Shown here one piece after another: positions 49,941 to 63,536 of a stretch of DNA of 64,000 nucleotides (position 1 is its first letter; every line of letters begins with the position of its first letter). The position numbers were made by a program, and so were the translations under genes. The stretch comes from Malacoraja senta (Eukaryota): positions 3,660,001 through 3,724,000 of the forward strand of contig CM075993.1 of NCBI GenBank assembly GCA_038087875.1. Reading direction: 5' to 3'. The notes under the pieces were generated by a model. That model was given only the letters and a program-made list of their open reading frames with translations, made no database searches and was not told where the DNA came from.

Positions 49941-50964
49941 GTAAGGTTATTTGTAGGTTTTAAAACATTGTTCATAGAACTTGGGTCGCAGTTTACTGCC
50001 CAGTCCATAATTTCCCATTGAACTTTGACACAAAAAGCTGGAGTAACTCAGCTCAGTATTCAGTAAGACAGCATCCCTGGAGAAAAGGAATAGGTGACGT
50101 TTCAGGTCGAGACACTTCTTCAGACTGAGTGTCAGGGGAGAGGGAAACGAGAGGTGTACACAGTGAAGTAGAGGAATATAGAACAAAGAAAGAAAGATAT
50201 GCGAAAAAGTAACGATGATAAAGGAAACAGGCCATTGTTAGCTGTGTGCTAGGTGAGAATGAGTACAGACAATGAGACTCAACAAGACGACTTTGAAGCT
50301 GGTGGGGGGGGGGGACGGAGAGAGAGGGTTGCGAGGGTTAATTGAAGTTAGAGAAATTAATATTAATAATCAAAAAACCCAAACCACTGGGTTGTAAGCA
50401 GCCCAAGCTTGGCCAAAGCCAAGCCCATGGAACTGAATGGATTACTTGACTGCTTTAAGGACAGATAAGATACATAGACTTGGAATCGCATACAAGTTCC
50501 TTAAAGATTACATAGAACATTATACTGCATATTTGTGGAAATGATGTCAAATGAAACCAGCCGCCTCTGCCTGCACGTGATCCATTTATCTCCATTCCCT
50601 GCATATTTATGTGCATGTCTAAATGCTACTTAAATGGCAATATTGTGTCTTCTTCCAATACCATCCCCTGGCAGCACCTTACATTAGAGGAGCCCCTTTT
50701 AATTGGTCATTAAATGAGGTCTTTGAGTGCCTTTTTTTGAAATGAGCATAACCTCATCCAGTTCATTTTACCAGCATCTTGTATAATTTAAGAAAAGTTT
50801 AATTTTATTTTTATTGCTCGTGTCAGTATTTCCTTTGAAGCGTGAAAAGAGTTCATTGTGAGTGGGAACATTGTGATATTCTGCAAAAGTAATTGTGAAA
50901 AAGGCAAATTGGTCAGACATAATTTAATAATTTGAGGTCTCATCAGCTCATTAAATTGTTCCAG

Positions 50965-51143
50965 ACTTGGTACAGGAGCGACTGGATATGGCAAAGTGCT
51001 TGGGTGCCGCTGCTGTCTTTAAAGTGGAAAAATGTACATGCCCCCGAGAATTGGCACAGAAGGTGAAGACTAGTCTTTGTGGCATGCCAGATGTAACTAT
51101 TGATGCCACCGGAGCAGAACAAAGTGTCCAGACTGGAATCTAT
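50965..51143 (+). CDS. SORD: SORD copy A exon 7 (179 nt)
   Basis: ttccag|DLVQERLDMAKCLGAAAVFKVEKCTCPRELAQKVKTSLCGMPDVTIDATGAEQSVQTGIY|gtgagt; the NAD-specifying Asp is retained. Confidence 0.95.
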
Positions 51144-52774
51144 GTGAGTATTAAAGTTGGAGAACTGATGTATGTTCAAAGCTTTGCATAATTATATACA
51201 AATCTCCACCCTGGGAAAATAGAACATTCAACAGTGCAGGAACAATTACATCCTAGAAGAGATAAGACTCCTCCTAGCAGGTAAACCAGATCACTTCCAC
51301 CTGACGTGGTCTGCATTTATAGAATTATTACAAATATAGGGTGCAAAAGTACTTTAAAAAAAATTGAGGTCAGGTAAGGGGGGATGCTAGTTGAAGAGTT
51401 GGTATGTCCCATTTACGTAATGCTCATAAAAATATTTGTTTATCTCTTTTTCCTCTTTCTCTTTCTCTTTCTTTTCTAGGGTCTATTTCTTAACTCTTTT
51501 TCTTTTGTTTTTCATTTTGCTCTTATAGGGTCTTCGTCCTTTTTTGTTGTCACATTTTCTACACTTTCACTTTTTCCTTCACTCTTCTTTCTTTCAATCT
51601 TTTCTTTTTCTAGTGTAAAAAATAAATGGAGTACATTAATTGTAAGAAGACACAAGTGACGAGTACTAATGTATGTGGTTGTAATGTAATGTACTTCTAA
51701 TAAATTAAAATTAAAAAAAAAAAAAAACAGTGCAGGAACAGGAACAGGCCCTTGGCCCACAATGTCTCTGTCGAACACATGCCAAGATAAACTAATGTCA
51801 GCTGCCTGCACTTGATTATCATCCCTCCTTATTTCCTGAATATTTAAATGCCTCACTAAAAGCATTTTAACCACCACAATTGTATATGCCTTTGCCACCT
51901 CTGACAGAGCAGTTCAAGCACCCACCACTCTCTGTGTGTAAAGAAAAAACTGCCCCACAAATCTAAATTTTGCTCCCCTCATGTTAGAACGATGCCCTCT
52001 AGTCTTTGACATTTCCACCATGACAAAAGGGTTCTGACTGTCTAACCTATCTATGCCTTTCAAACCCCAGCTCGTGTCTATGTGTTCCTTTCTCCCGATT
52101 TAGGGATCAATTATTGTTTTGTTGCTGAAGTCTACCTGGTGGCAGCTTACAAGTTAACAATTTTAGTTTCATAACATGATGAAGGAGAATTGAACTAGCT
52201 ATTGCTGATCTATTGTATCACCATGACCACTGTTCATTTATGTATTAACTGCCTTGCAGTGTTTACCTGAACTGATGTTTTCATTTCCTTACTAAACTTT
52301 ATTCAAGTCAAGAGTGTTTTATTGTCATAGGTCCCAGATAATTTTTATTATTAATGTTTAATGTTTTATGTATCATCCTTAACTGTCACTGTATGTCATG
52401 TTGTCGCTTGTGGGCAGAGCACCAAGGCAAATTCCTTGTATGTGAATACTTGGCCAATAAACTTATTCATTCATAAAACAATGAAATTCTTACTTGCAGC
52501 AGCACAACAGAATATGAAAACACGGTACACGGTAAACAATATAATAAATGAGAAAAAAAACGTTCAGTGTGTGTATATACACACGGGCACACACACACAT
52601 ACGTACACATAACAAACAAACAGACAATAATAGTGCAATAATAACAATATGTAGTTCAGAGCTTATTTGAGGTTGTACTGTTTAATAGCCGAATGGCTGT
52701 AGGGAAGAAGCTGTTCCTGAACCTAGACGTTACAGTTTTCAGGCTTCTCGATGGCAGGGGTGAAGTGAGTGTGT

Positions 52775-53590
52775 GGCCAAGATCAATAACCTTCAACTCA
52801 ATGTCAATAAAACAAAAGAAATAACTGTGGACTTCAGGAAGAAACAGACAGCACACACCCCACTCACCATAAATGGCAGTGCAGTGGAGTCTGTGAAAAG
52901 CACCAAGTTCCTGGGAGTACACATCACAGATGATCAGACATGGTCCACCAACACCATCTCCCTAGTCAAGAAAGCACAGCAACGCCTCCACTTCCTTCGA
53001 CGGATGAGGAGAGCCGACCTCCCCCCTTCTGCCCTCACAACGTTTTACAGGGGTGCCATTGAGAGCATTCTTACCAGCAGTCTCTCAGTCTGGTATGGCA
53101 GGTGCTCTGCTGCTGACCAGAAGGCCCTACAGAGAGTGGTGAGGACAGCGGAGAAGATCACTAGATCACCCCAACTAGCAATCCAGGACTTATACCCATC
53201 TCGCTGTCGCAAGAGAGCAACCAATATCATCAAAGACACCACCCACCCAGCACACAAACTGTTCACCCTCCTACCCATCCGGCAAGCGCTATCAGACTAC
53301 TCAACACACTCAAGAAAATTCCATGAACATTACACAAACAAAGACCAACTGACTGTCAAATTAACTTTAACTCAATGTCTGCAGTATGCTATTTGCACTT
53401 TTCTATATTGCACCTTTTATTAATGAATATTTTATATAATGTATTTGTCCATTGTCTATTTTTATTGGTATATTGTCTGTCTGTGTTATAAATATTACTT
53501 GCACATTGGAGTATGGGGAAACGCAATTTCAATCCTCTGTGTAACTACTTGTTGCATTATTTGAATTGACAATAAAGTTTACTATTTCTA
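52775..53590 (+). mobile_element. Rex1/Babar-like LINE 3' fragment
   Basis: ORF 52773-53423 (NNLQLNVNKTKEITVDFR..KFLGVHI..KKAQQRLHFLRR). Confidence 0.85.
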
Positions 53591-53981
53591 TAAGATGGTG
53601 TGGGTCTCTGATGATGCTCCGGTTCACAACTTTTTGTAATCTTCATCGTTCCAGGGCATGAATATTGCATACACCTCGTTTGAAACTCTCCGAAGATAAA
53701 ACGTAATATCACAATTGTGCTGTTATTAACACAATCTTGAAAGAATATGTGGTGAGCTGGTGACTACCCTGCAACATATTTACTTTCAACACTGGTCCTT
53801 CTGGTATTACCCAACAATGTAACCAAGGCAGACTTCTTTATCTTATCTCCATGGTGGCGCCTTGGCAATATCACCTAAGAATATCATGTCAGTTTTACCA
53901 AGGTCCAACTCACTACCTTCTCATTAAGTGCTTCTAAATTGTCAAACTTTTTTCAATATTTCGAGTAGATGAGCAGCAACT

Positions 53982-54328
53982 TAGAAACATAGAAAATAGG
54001 TGCAGGAGTAGGCCATTCGGCCCTTCGAGCCTGCACCGCCTTTCAATATGATCATGGCTGATCATCCAACTCAGTATCCTGTACCTGCCTTCTCTCCATA
54101 CCCCCTGATCCCTTTAGCCACAAGGGCCACATCTAACTCCCTCTTAAATATAGCCAATGAACTGGCCTCTACCTTCTGTACAATAGCTAGTTTAATTCTA
54201 CCCAGGAACTACCTTCTGTGGCAGAGAATTGCACAGATTCACCACTCTCTGTGTGAAAAATGTTTTTCTCATCTCGGTCCTAAAAAACTTCCCCCTTATC
54301 CTTAAACTGTGACCCCTTGTCCTGGACT
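53982..54328 (-). mobile_element. Young CR1 LINE 3' fragment
   Basis: Same 3' sequence as 12520-12840, with a small insertion. Confidence 0.85.
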
Positions 54329-54621
54329 TATTTTTGGAAGGACTAAAGCCATTTTCTTTGATTCCAAACCAACCACTGGTTCTGTCTCTACTCCACATCA
54401 CTGTTGCAACTTTTATATCATGTTTGACTATGAAAAGAGCTCCAGATCAGATACCCATGTTGTGGTTATGCATTATAATCGGCCCCCTAATTTTTTTTTC
54501 CATTTTTCCTTCACCAGCCTCATAAAGGAAAACGAGTGGGAAAAGCAGTAAACTCCAATTTTTATGTATTGTTTTAAAATGAAGAAATGTTTATTATCTG
54601 GCTTACCTCTTTCTTCTTTAG

Positions 54622-54743
54622 GCTACCAAGGCAGGAGGAGTACTGGTATTAATTGGCATGGGCCCAACATCGACAAATGCCCCTTTACTAACTGCAATAA
54701 CCCGAGAGCTGGACATCCGAGGGGTTTTCAGATACTGCAACAC
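54622..54743 (+). CDS. SORD: SORD copy A exon 8 (122 nt)
   Basis: ctttag|[40 protein letters not shown]|gtaagt. Confidence 0.97.
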
Positions 54744-56608
54744 GTAAGTACCAAAGTAAACACAGGCAGTATACAACAAGTATTCTCTCCTGAAATAGAC
54801 ACAAAAAGCTGGAGTAACTCAGTGGGACAGGCAGCATCTCTGGAGAGAAGGAATGGGTGACCAAGGGTCTCGACCCGAAATGTAGCACAAACAGCATTCA
54901 AGAAGGTCAAGGCCACAGGAATGTAGTCAGCCCATTTGATTGGTACCATATCCACCACCTCAAAAATTCCCATCAGCATCATTGCACTGTGGCGGCAGAG
55001 TATACCATCTACAAAATGCACTGCACTAATTCACAAACTATCACGCAGAAGTCTCAAACTCTCTGTGACAATAAAATATTCTTCAATTTGTACATTATGC
55101 TGACTTGGAAATATATCACTGTATCTTCATTATTGATGGAGCAATATCTCAGTATTCTCAATAGCATTGGATGAATATCTTCATAAGATGGTCTCAAATG
55201 GTTTAAGCGTCTCGCAAACTTCTCTTGGGACATTTAGGAATGGAAAATAACATTGGTCTTATCAGCAAAGTCCACTTCCTGGAAATAAATGGAAAAGTGT
55301 TTATCAGTTCTGCTTCATTCCTGTCACCTGTGCAAAAGGAAGCCAAAAGTGATCAGTTATTACTACTTGTCCATCAATTCAGCTTTAATTCTTAAATGTG
55401 TACGTTTCTTGAATGTCAGCATTTATATGAAATATATTTTTCCATTTATTCGAAATTGCTCCGTGACTGATGACATAGAATAAAATATTAAAACCCCATT
55501 ATGTCCATTCCAGCCAAAGACATCTTACCTGATAGCCCTGCAAATGATAGCTACTTTTGCAGGTACTTTTTGATTGTACCTGACTTTTTGATTCAGGTAC
55601 TTTTTGATTGTGGTGAGGATTTCTGAATGGCAGTGACTGCCAGGCCCATTGCAAATTGTGCAGAAGGAAGAATAACATACTGAAAACATAAAATATTTAA
55701 CTTTTCACAGTAGTATTTTGGGGGTTCTGGTAAATGAATATTTGATTGAGTTCTTGGGATCATTCATTCTAATTAAATGATGTGTAGAGTCATAGAGATG
55801 GAGTGTGAAAACAGGCTCTTCGGCCCAACTTGCTCACGTTGACCAACATGCATCTATATTAGTTTCCACCTGCTTTCATTTGGCCCATATCCCTTGAAAC
55901 CTATCCTATCTATCCAATGTGCATGTCCAAATGTTTTTTAAGTGTTGTGATACCTTGTGCCTCAGCTACCTCCTCCAGCAGCTTGTTCCATATACCTACC
56001 ACCCTTTGTGTAAAAAAAGTTGCCCATTCAATCTTTCCTCCCTCACCTTAAACCTGTCCCCATGTTCCTCATTCCCCTACTGAGTAAAAAAGTATGTGCA
56101 TTTACCCTATCTATTTCTTTCATGATCTTTTACACCTCTATAAGATTACCCCTCATCTTACTGCCGTCCTAGCTCATTCAACCTCTCCCTCTTGCTCAAG
56201 ACCATGACTCCTGGCAACATCCTCGTAAACCTTTGCTGCACCCTTTCGAGCTTAACATCTTTCCTATGAAGATAGTCACAAAATGCTGGAGTAACTCAGC
56301 GGGACGGGCAGTATCTCTGGATAGAAGGAATGGGTGACGTTTCGGGTCGAGAAACATCTTTCATATAACAGGGTGACCAAAACTGAACACCGTACTTTAA
56401 ATGTGGCCTCACCAATATCGATCAGTCTGAAGGGTCTCGACCAGAAACATCACCCATTCCTTCTCTCCAGAGATGCTGCCTGTCCCGCTGAGTTATTCCA
56501 GCATTTTGTGTCTATATTGTACAACGGGTATAGATTTAAATATTCTTGTCTGCTTTCCCACTATAGTGCTGTACAAAATGAAACCTGACTTTTTAATTTG
56601 TATTTTAG

Positions 56609-56897
56609 GTGGCCAACTGCAATTAACATGTTGGCCTCAAAGAAAATAGATGTGAAACCATTGATCACACATCGCATGCCTCTGGATCAAGTAATAGAAG
56701 CATTTGAGCTGGTGAAGAAAGGTACAGCACTCAAAGTGATTGTGTTGTGTGAGGAACAGCAGCCGGGGCAGCCGGGGCAGCAGGGGCAACCGCAATCAAA
56801 GACACTGGAGCAATGCCAACAACAATGTCAGCAGCTGCTGCAGCAGTGTCAACAGCAGTGCCAACAATTGAAAGACCAGTGTTCACCCGGCCGCTGA
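56609..56897 (+). CDS. SORD: SORD copy A exon 9 (289 nt to TGA) with a Gln/Cys-rich C-terminal extension
   Basis: ttttag|TWPTAINMLASKKIDVKPLITHRMPLDQVIEAFELVKKGTALKVIVLC + EEQQPGQPGQQGQPQSKTLEQCQQQCQQLLQQCQQQCQQLKDQCSPGR*. Confidence 0.95.
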
Positions 56898-57002
56898 TGA
56901 GTTTGCTTGTGCTCTTTGTCTTGTCCACATATGCAGTGACACCTTTCGCACAGGCCTTAAAGACTGTGCTTTCATCAATTTAACAACCGGCCCCAAGTCT
57001 GT

Positions 57003-57008
57003 AATAAA
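57003..57008 (+). terminator. Polyadenylation signal of SORD copy A
   Basis: AATAAA about 105 nt after the stop codon, followed by a T/GT-rich stretch. Confidence 0.7.
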
Positions 57009-57383
57009 CACGCTGAATGAGAACATTTGTCTGTTACATTTGTTAAAAACCTATAGTCATACAGCATGGAAACAGGCCCTTCGGCCCAGACCGGCCGACG
57101 TGTCCCAGCTACACCTGTCCGCATTTGCTCCATATCCCTCTAAACTTGTCCTATCCATGTACCGGTCTAATTGTTTCTTATACGTTGCGTTAGTCCCTGC
57201 CTCAAATACCTCCTCAGGCAACTCATTCCATACAGCCACTACCCTTTTGTGTGATTTAAATATTCTTCTCTGCATTCCAACTATCGTGCTGGGCAAAATG
57301 GAACTTTGTTAATTTCTTCTCTCACATTCAATTTCTTTAGAATTATGTGACAGTAGGTTGGGTTTTTAATATGCTGGTCCTAA

Positions 57384-57970
57384 AGCCCCTGTCCCACTTT
57401 CACAACCTAATTGGCGACCTCTGCCGAGTTTGCCCTTGACTCATACTCGCAGCATGGTCGCCACGAGGTCGTAGTAGGTCTTCGTAACTCTTCCTCATGC
57501 TCGTGAGCGGTCTCCGCGTACTCGTGGCCTCAAGTAGGTTGCGGTGTTTTTTCCAGCCCAATAAAAAATGTCCACGAGTAAAAAAAAGGTTGGCATGGAA
57601 AAAATTGATACTTTTTACTCGTAGGTAGGTTGTAGGTAGGTCGTAGTAGGCCCTGATGGTAGTCGTAGGTAGTCGTAGGTCGGTAACTGGCCCGAGAAAA
57701 AAAATGCAAACAAGACATCATTTTATTATGTGATCATTTTCCACTCGTAGCTAGTCGTAGTTGGTCTTAGGTGTGGAAGACTGAGGTCGAGGGGGGTCGT
57801 AGGAGGTCGTAGGCATAGTCATAGGAGGTCGTAGACATAGTCGTGGGATGTCGTACATAGTCGGAGGAGGTCTTTTACTTCGGCGAGTCAACACGACCTT
57901 GACATTTTTTTCAACTCGTCCTAGGGTCTTCTAAACTCATGGATTAGGTCGTCCAAGTGGGACAGGCCCT
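57384..57970. mobile_element. PIF/Harbinger-type MITE with internal GTCGTAG repeats
   Basis: TIR AGCCCCTGTCCCACTT / AAGTGGGACAGGCCCT; TAA and TTA flanks. Confidence 0.8.
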
Positions 57971-58899
57971 TTAAACATTTTAAGGCTAACAATAAAAATG
58001 AAAAGTTGAATCAAAGAGGGAAATTAGATCAAGCAATTAATCCTGATGAAGTAAAATGGTGAGAAAAGAAACTGCAGATCTTGGCATCCAGAACATAGAA
58101 AATATGGTTTGTGAGGATTAATGGTACATGAGTAAAAAAAGGTTAGATCCTATATACACTGGAATTCTGAAAGTTAGACAGAAAATGCTGAACATGTGCA
58201 CATCAAGGTAGTTTGAAACACAATATTTCTGGTCGGTGATTATTGATCAAAATTGGAAAATATTAGGTTTTAAGCAAATATGCATACAAAGAAGTTGTAG
58301 GGGAAAGAAGGTATAAGAAAGTATATTTTCAATGAGATCCCTCCCTCATCCTTCTAAACTCCAGAGAGCACAGGCCAGAACCATCAAACGCTCCTCATAC
58401 GTTAACCCAATCATCCCCGGGTCATTCTCATAAACCTCCTCTGGACCCTCTCCAATGCCAGCACATCCTTCCTCAGATATAGGGCCCAAAACTGTTCACA
58501 CAATTCCAAACGTGGTCTAACCAGCATCCTATAAAGCGTCAGCATTATATTCTTGATTTTATATTCTACTTCTCTCAAAATGAATGCTAACATTGCATTT
58601 GCCTTCCTCACTGCCGACTCAACCTGAAAATTAACGTATTGGGAATCTTGCACCAGCACTCCCAAATCCCTTTGCACCACCAATTTCTGAATCATATCCC
58701 CATTTAGAAAATTCTTCCCATTGAGAAAATAATCTATGATATGAGTGGAGGTGCCATCCTTTTCTCCCAGTTTCTCAGGTCAAATTTAATTGTCAAATGT
58801 ACAAACAATGAATTTTTTCCTGGTCGTAGCTTAACAGGCTTGTAAATACAAAAATACACATAATAAAAATCAAAATGCAAAACTACTCACTCCAGTATT

Positions 58900-59330
58900 C
58901 CCTGGTCCACTTATCCCTCCCCTCGTGACCCTTAGCACTTTTCCCTGCAATACAACACTGGCACCCTCCATCACCATCATCTAGGGGCCTAAACAGCCTA
59001 TTTCAGGCAAGGCAAAGATTCATCTGCACCTCCACCCACATTGTCTATGGTACTTGGTTCTCTCAATATAGCCTCCTCTACATTGGCAAGACGAGCAGAC
59101 TATGTAACTGATTTGCAGAACAACTGGCCTTTGTCTAATGGCCATCCCAATCTCCTGGTTGCATACAATTCCAACTCTCCTTCTCTTTCCCACACCGACC
59201 TGTTCGTCCTAAGCTTTCTTCACTGCCAAGGTGTGGCCTCACGCAAACACCTTATATTCCTCCTGGAGTGGTCTACAAACCAATGAAATGAACATTGAAC
59301 TTTCCAATTTCTGGGAAACATTAGCTTATT
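58900..59330 (+). mobile_element. Old Penelope-like GIY-YIG fragment
   Basis: GPKQ..FQARQRFICTSTHIVY..LLYIGKT..SHTDLFVL remnants. Confidence 0.6.
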
Positions 59331-59792
59331 TATTTCTCTCTCCCTCAATTCTCACCTTCCCCCTTCCCCTCCCCCCTTTGCACAATCATATTCCAGACTC
59401 ACATTTATGTCTCCTTTTCCACCGCCCCTCTCCTGATTCCATCCACCCACTACCCACACATTTCACCTGGTGACCTCCTCCGCATCTGGCTCAATCTGCC
59501 ATTCATCTCTCCCCACTAGCACCTCCCTTGCTTATATGATTCTAACCACCAGTAGCTTGGCGTTCCCACTTGTCATCCTACAGCAACTATCTCCATCTGC
59601 CTTTTTCTTTGTTTATTTCCGCCAATCTATCTCTTTCTCCCAACTTCACCCCCTCATCAGCCACTGGTTCTTCTTGCCTCTCATCCTTCATTCCTCCTCA
59701 GTCCATCTATTACCTTCTGACCACATTGTAGCCCTCCCTCTCTCCTCTTACATGACCATCTCTCTCTCCACTCTCAGTCCTATTTACATACA

Positions 59793-60290
59793 TAGATACA
59801 TAGAAAATAGGTGCAGGATTAGGCCATTCGGCCCTTCGAGCCTGCAACGCCATTCAATATGATCATGGCTGATCATCCAACTCAGTATCCTGTACCTGCC
59901 TTCTCTCCATACCCCCTGATCCCTTTAGCCACAAGGGCCACATCTAACTCCCTCTTAAATATAGTCAATGAACTGGCCTCAACTACCCTCTGTGGCAGAG
60001 AGTTCCAGAGATTCACCACTCTCTGTGTGAAAATGTTTTTCCTCATGTGGCCCCTTATCCTTAAGCTGTGACCCCTTGTCCTGGACTTCCCCAACATCGG
60101 GAACAATCTTCCTGCATCTAGCTTGTCCAACCCCATAAGAATTTTGTACGTTTCTATAAGATCCCCTCTCAATCTCCTAAATTCTAGCGAGTATAAGCCA
60201 AGTCTATCCAGTCTTTCTTCATATGAAAGTCCTGACATCCCAGGAATCAGTCTGGTGAACCTTCTCTGCACTCCCTCTATAGCCATAATG
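59793..60290 (-). mobile_element. Young CR1 LINE 3' fragment truncated by the assembly gap
   Basis: Near-identical to 12520-13040; ends at the N run. Confidence 0.9.
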
Positions 60291-60490
60291 NNNNNNNNNN
60301 NNNNNNNNNNNNNNNNNNNNNNNNNNNNNNNNNNNNNNNNNNNNNNNNNNNNNNNNNNNNNNNNNNNNNNNNNNNNNNNNNNNNNNNNNNNNNNNNNNNN
60401 NNNNNNNNNNNNNNNNNNNNNNNNNNNNNNNNNNNNNNNNNNNNNNNNNNNNNNNNNNNNNNNNNNNNNNNNNNNNNNNNNNNNNNNNNN
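60291..60490. other. Assembly gap (200 N; true size unknown)
   Basis: Run of exactly 200 N. Confidence 1.
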
Positions 60491-61170
60491 AAAGTAAGGG
60501 TTTAAGAAAAATGATTCATAGGAAGTTGTTAAGAAACAGAACATTTTGGCCAGAAATTATGTTGGAAGTTAAATCCTTTGTAGCAATTAAAAGTGAAGGA
60601 AAAATGAGCTAGAAAATAATACCTCTTACTAGTAGTCTGTGAAAACACAATGACAATAGACAATAGGTGCAGGGGTAGGACATTCGGCCCTTCGAGCCAG
60701 CACCTCCAATGGAAAGAGTCTTGTATGCAACTCCTGTTTCCTTACTGCCCATTAAGCCGTTGCTAGTTCTCAGTGAAGACGTATCAATCCCAACCCCCAC
60801 CCCCGTAAATTTTGCTGTAATGAATTCTCTACCACATGCCTATGAGCACCAAAATCTACAGATTTATAGCTTGCAAGGTGATATTGAAACATTCAAATTA
60901 ATGGACTTAATTGCAAGATGAAATACAAATGAAATAACAACATTCATTTCACTCGGCTCAAAATCCAAAAGACTAGAACCATATCCTAATCACAATATGG
61001 AGGTAATTCTTAATTGCCTTAAAGTTTTAAATAAATGAATAAGGGTGCCCTGTACTCCTGCTTATCATTCCACTTTATTTGTGACTTAAATTAGAGGTTA
61101 TAATATTTGAGACAACCAACATGGTTCAAACCTTTCTCAAGTACACTCTCCATCCTTGTTTTATTCACAG

Positions 61171-61204
61171 GAAAAGCGACCAATTCCAGAACCAGGTCCT
61201 AACG
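61171..61204 (+). CDS. SORD: SORD paralog copy B exon 2 (34 nt, EKRPIPEPGPN)
   Basis: ttattcacag|GAA...AACG|gtaagt; same size and phase as copy A exon 2. Confidence 0.9.
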
Positions 61205-63536
61205 GTAAGTCTTTCATGCCTTAATAATTCATGTACTTGGCACTGAAACTTAAAATAAGTATACATTAAATTTTGGGCTATAATATAGACGTCTAGTTTG
61301 TGACTAAATTCTAAATCGAACCAAATTACTGAATCTGACATAAAAAATAGAAAGCACTAGAGATACACGGCAGACTAAGCAATAGCTGTGGAGTGTTAAA
61401 ACTTGACAATTCTGGTTCTGTCCGTGCCCAAAAGCTTTTCATCTGTATCATCACCCAGTTCTAATCTCCCAATCAATAACCTCCATCCAGTTAGGTTGCA
61501 TGGTCAGCTGAGCATTTCCAGCATTTTCTGCTTTTAAGTAAAATTCCCTGTTAGATAATGTAATCCTGAGAATTTTTTTCATTTTTGAACAAAACATTTT
61601 ACTGTCTATTGAGAAATTTTAATCTAATATAAGGGGTGAAGCTTTTTTTTGAAAGGTTTATTCTGATGGAATTCCAATACAATGAAACTATTAAAACAAT
61701 CGATCAGGACTGCAGCCATGTATAGTTCAATTTGAAAATGCAGAACTGTGATGTTCTACCTTTTGTATCAGTGCATTTTATGAATAGTAGGAACAAAATT
61801 ACTTCTAATCCCATTTTCTTGAGAAAGAAACTCGGCAACTTCTGTATTTATCAAAATGTTTAAATTGTTCAAAAAATTTGTTTAAAATGAACTTACTATT
61901 TAACTAAAGGATTATGCTATACTAAAATGGCACCAATATAAATTTATATCACCCATGGATACTTTTGTGAATTAGTCCTTTGACTAAACCCTTACACTTA
62001 TGTGGTCTGATGTAGGGATTATTAAGATGATTCATTTCTAAGACTTAGATAAACGTAGGCAATTAAATTTGTAGCTCAAAATGTACAACTTGCCTTTGCA
62101 CAACATGGTAAAGAATATGTTAAGCTTCACTATGCTATGTTTACCTTATTTAACTTTTTTGTTTCTAATTATTTTCTTCGAAAGACCAATCTTTTCACAG
62201 CTTTTACTGCCTATCTCATGGGTTGGTTTCAACAGTTTCTACATGACTGCCTCTATCTGTGTCAACCAGAAAAAGATTTCAAGCCTTTTCAACAAAAGGA
62301 CAACAGTGTCCTTTATTTGTACAACGCCTTCAATTAGCGTGAATATTATCAAACAAAATCTGACTCAAAGCCACAGGAGAAGATATTGGGGTAGTTAACC
62401 AGAAACATAGTCATAGGTATGTTTTAAGGAGTGCATAAAAGAAGGAATGAAAGGCCAAGATGCAAAGAAGTTGATGAGGAAATCTTATGCAACCAGAAAT
62501 ATGGCCACTCATCAGATTTGGAAAGAACAGACTTCCTTGAGGTTTACATGCTTGAGCGTGATAAAGAGTGTTCAGGGATTTGAAACGACAGCATAGGTAA
62601 ATAGGACCCAGAGCACAACACCAATAGTTTTGGATACCATAGTTTGGAAGCAATAAGATCAAAGCTAACTAGAAGTAGATCGGATGAGGGATGTCTCAAG
62701 ATATTAAAGCTTTGGACTGGAGCTGCAGCAGTAGAATTGATGCAGATACATAGTTGAGAGATGGTTTGACCATTAGGGCTCTTGCTTATTCCATGGATAT
62801 GTGCTAATAATCTTCTCTAGCAGTTTTATATTTTGGCAAGTTTGTAACTGCTTTATTCAGATGCACGGGCAACGACTAGGGAACTTCTGTCAGCCTGATA
62901 ATTGGGTATAAGTGAAAACTCAAAAGATATAATGATGAGGTTAAGCTGGATGCCATCAGCTTACTTGTGGAAAATGATACTGTATTTTCTTTTGAGAGGT
63001 AGGGTTAGCAGACGTAACAGTGCTGGAAGAGAAAGTTGAGCAGGTTAAGAGAAACACAAATGGAATCAAGTGAGCGTCTTCCCACCTAATTAGACAACAG
63101 TTAGGAATGGTGTTGTCAGACATGTAAAAAGCTTCAGACTGGCCAAGAGGATGAGAAGGAATAGATAATCTATGTCGCAATCACAAAGAATGCCATTAGT
63201 GACATTGATAAGAGATGTTTCAGTTCTGGTGGCAGAGTTGCAAACCTGATTGGATCCAAATCAATGGTCCTTTTAAATGGTGAGTTGGTTTACTTATTCA
63301 GTATTTACAGCCACTGGGCTACCACATCAGCATTCTTTCAATTGTGTTTTACTGTATTGTGACAAAGCCTTTTGTTTTAACGTCGTGTGAGTGTTTTCTC
63401 CTCAAAATCTAACATTAAAGTTCTTTATTTTGACAAATCGTTTCTACGGAGTTGCCATGACGTCTCTAATTGAGGCCAATGTTGATATACAGGATTTCCA
63501 AGATTTTAATTGTTGATAATTATGCGGTTCTTTCAG

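Noticed and set aside
60820..60921. Possible exon 1 of copy B (HQNLQIYSLQGDIETFKL)
   Set aside because: Only superficial similarity, and no GT donor at the expected position.
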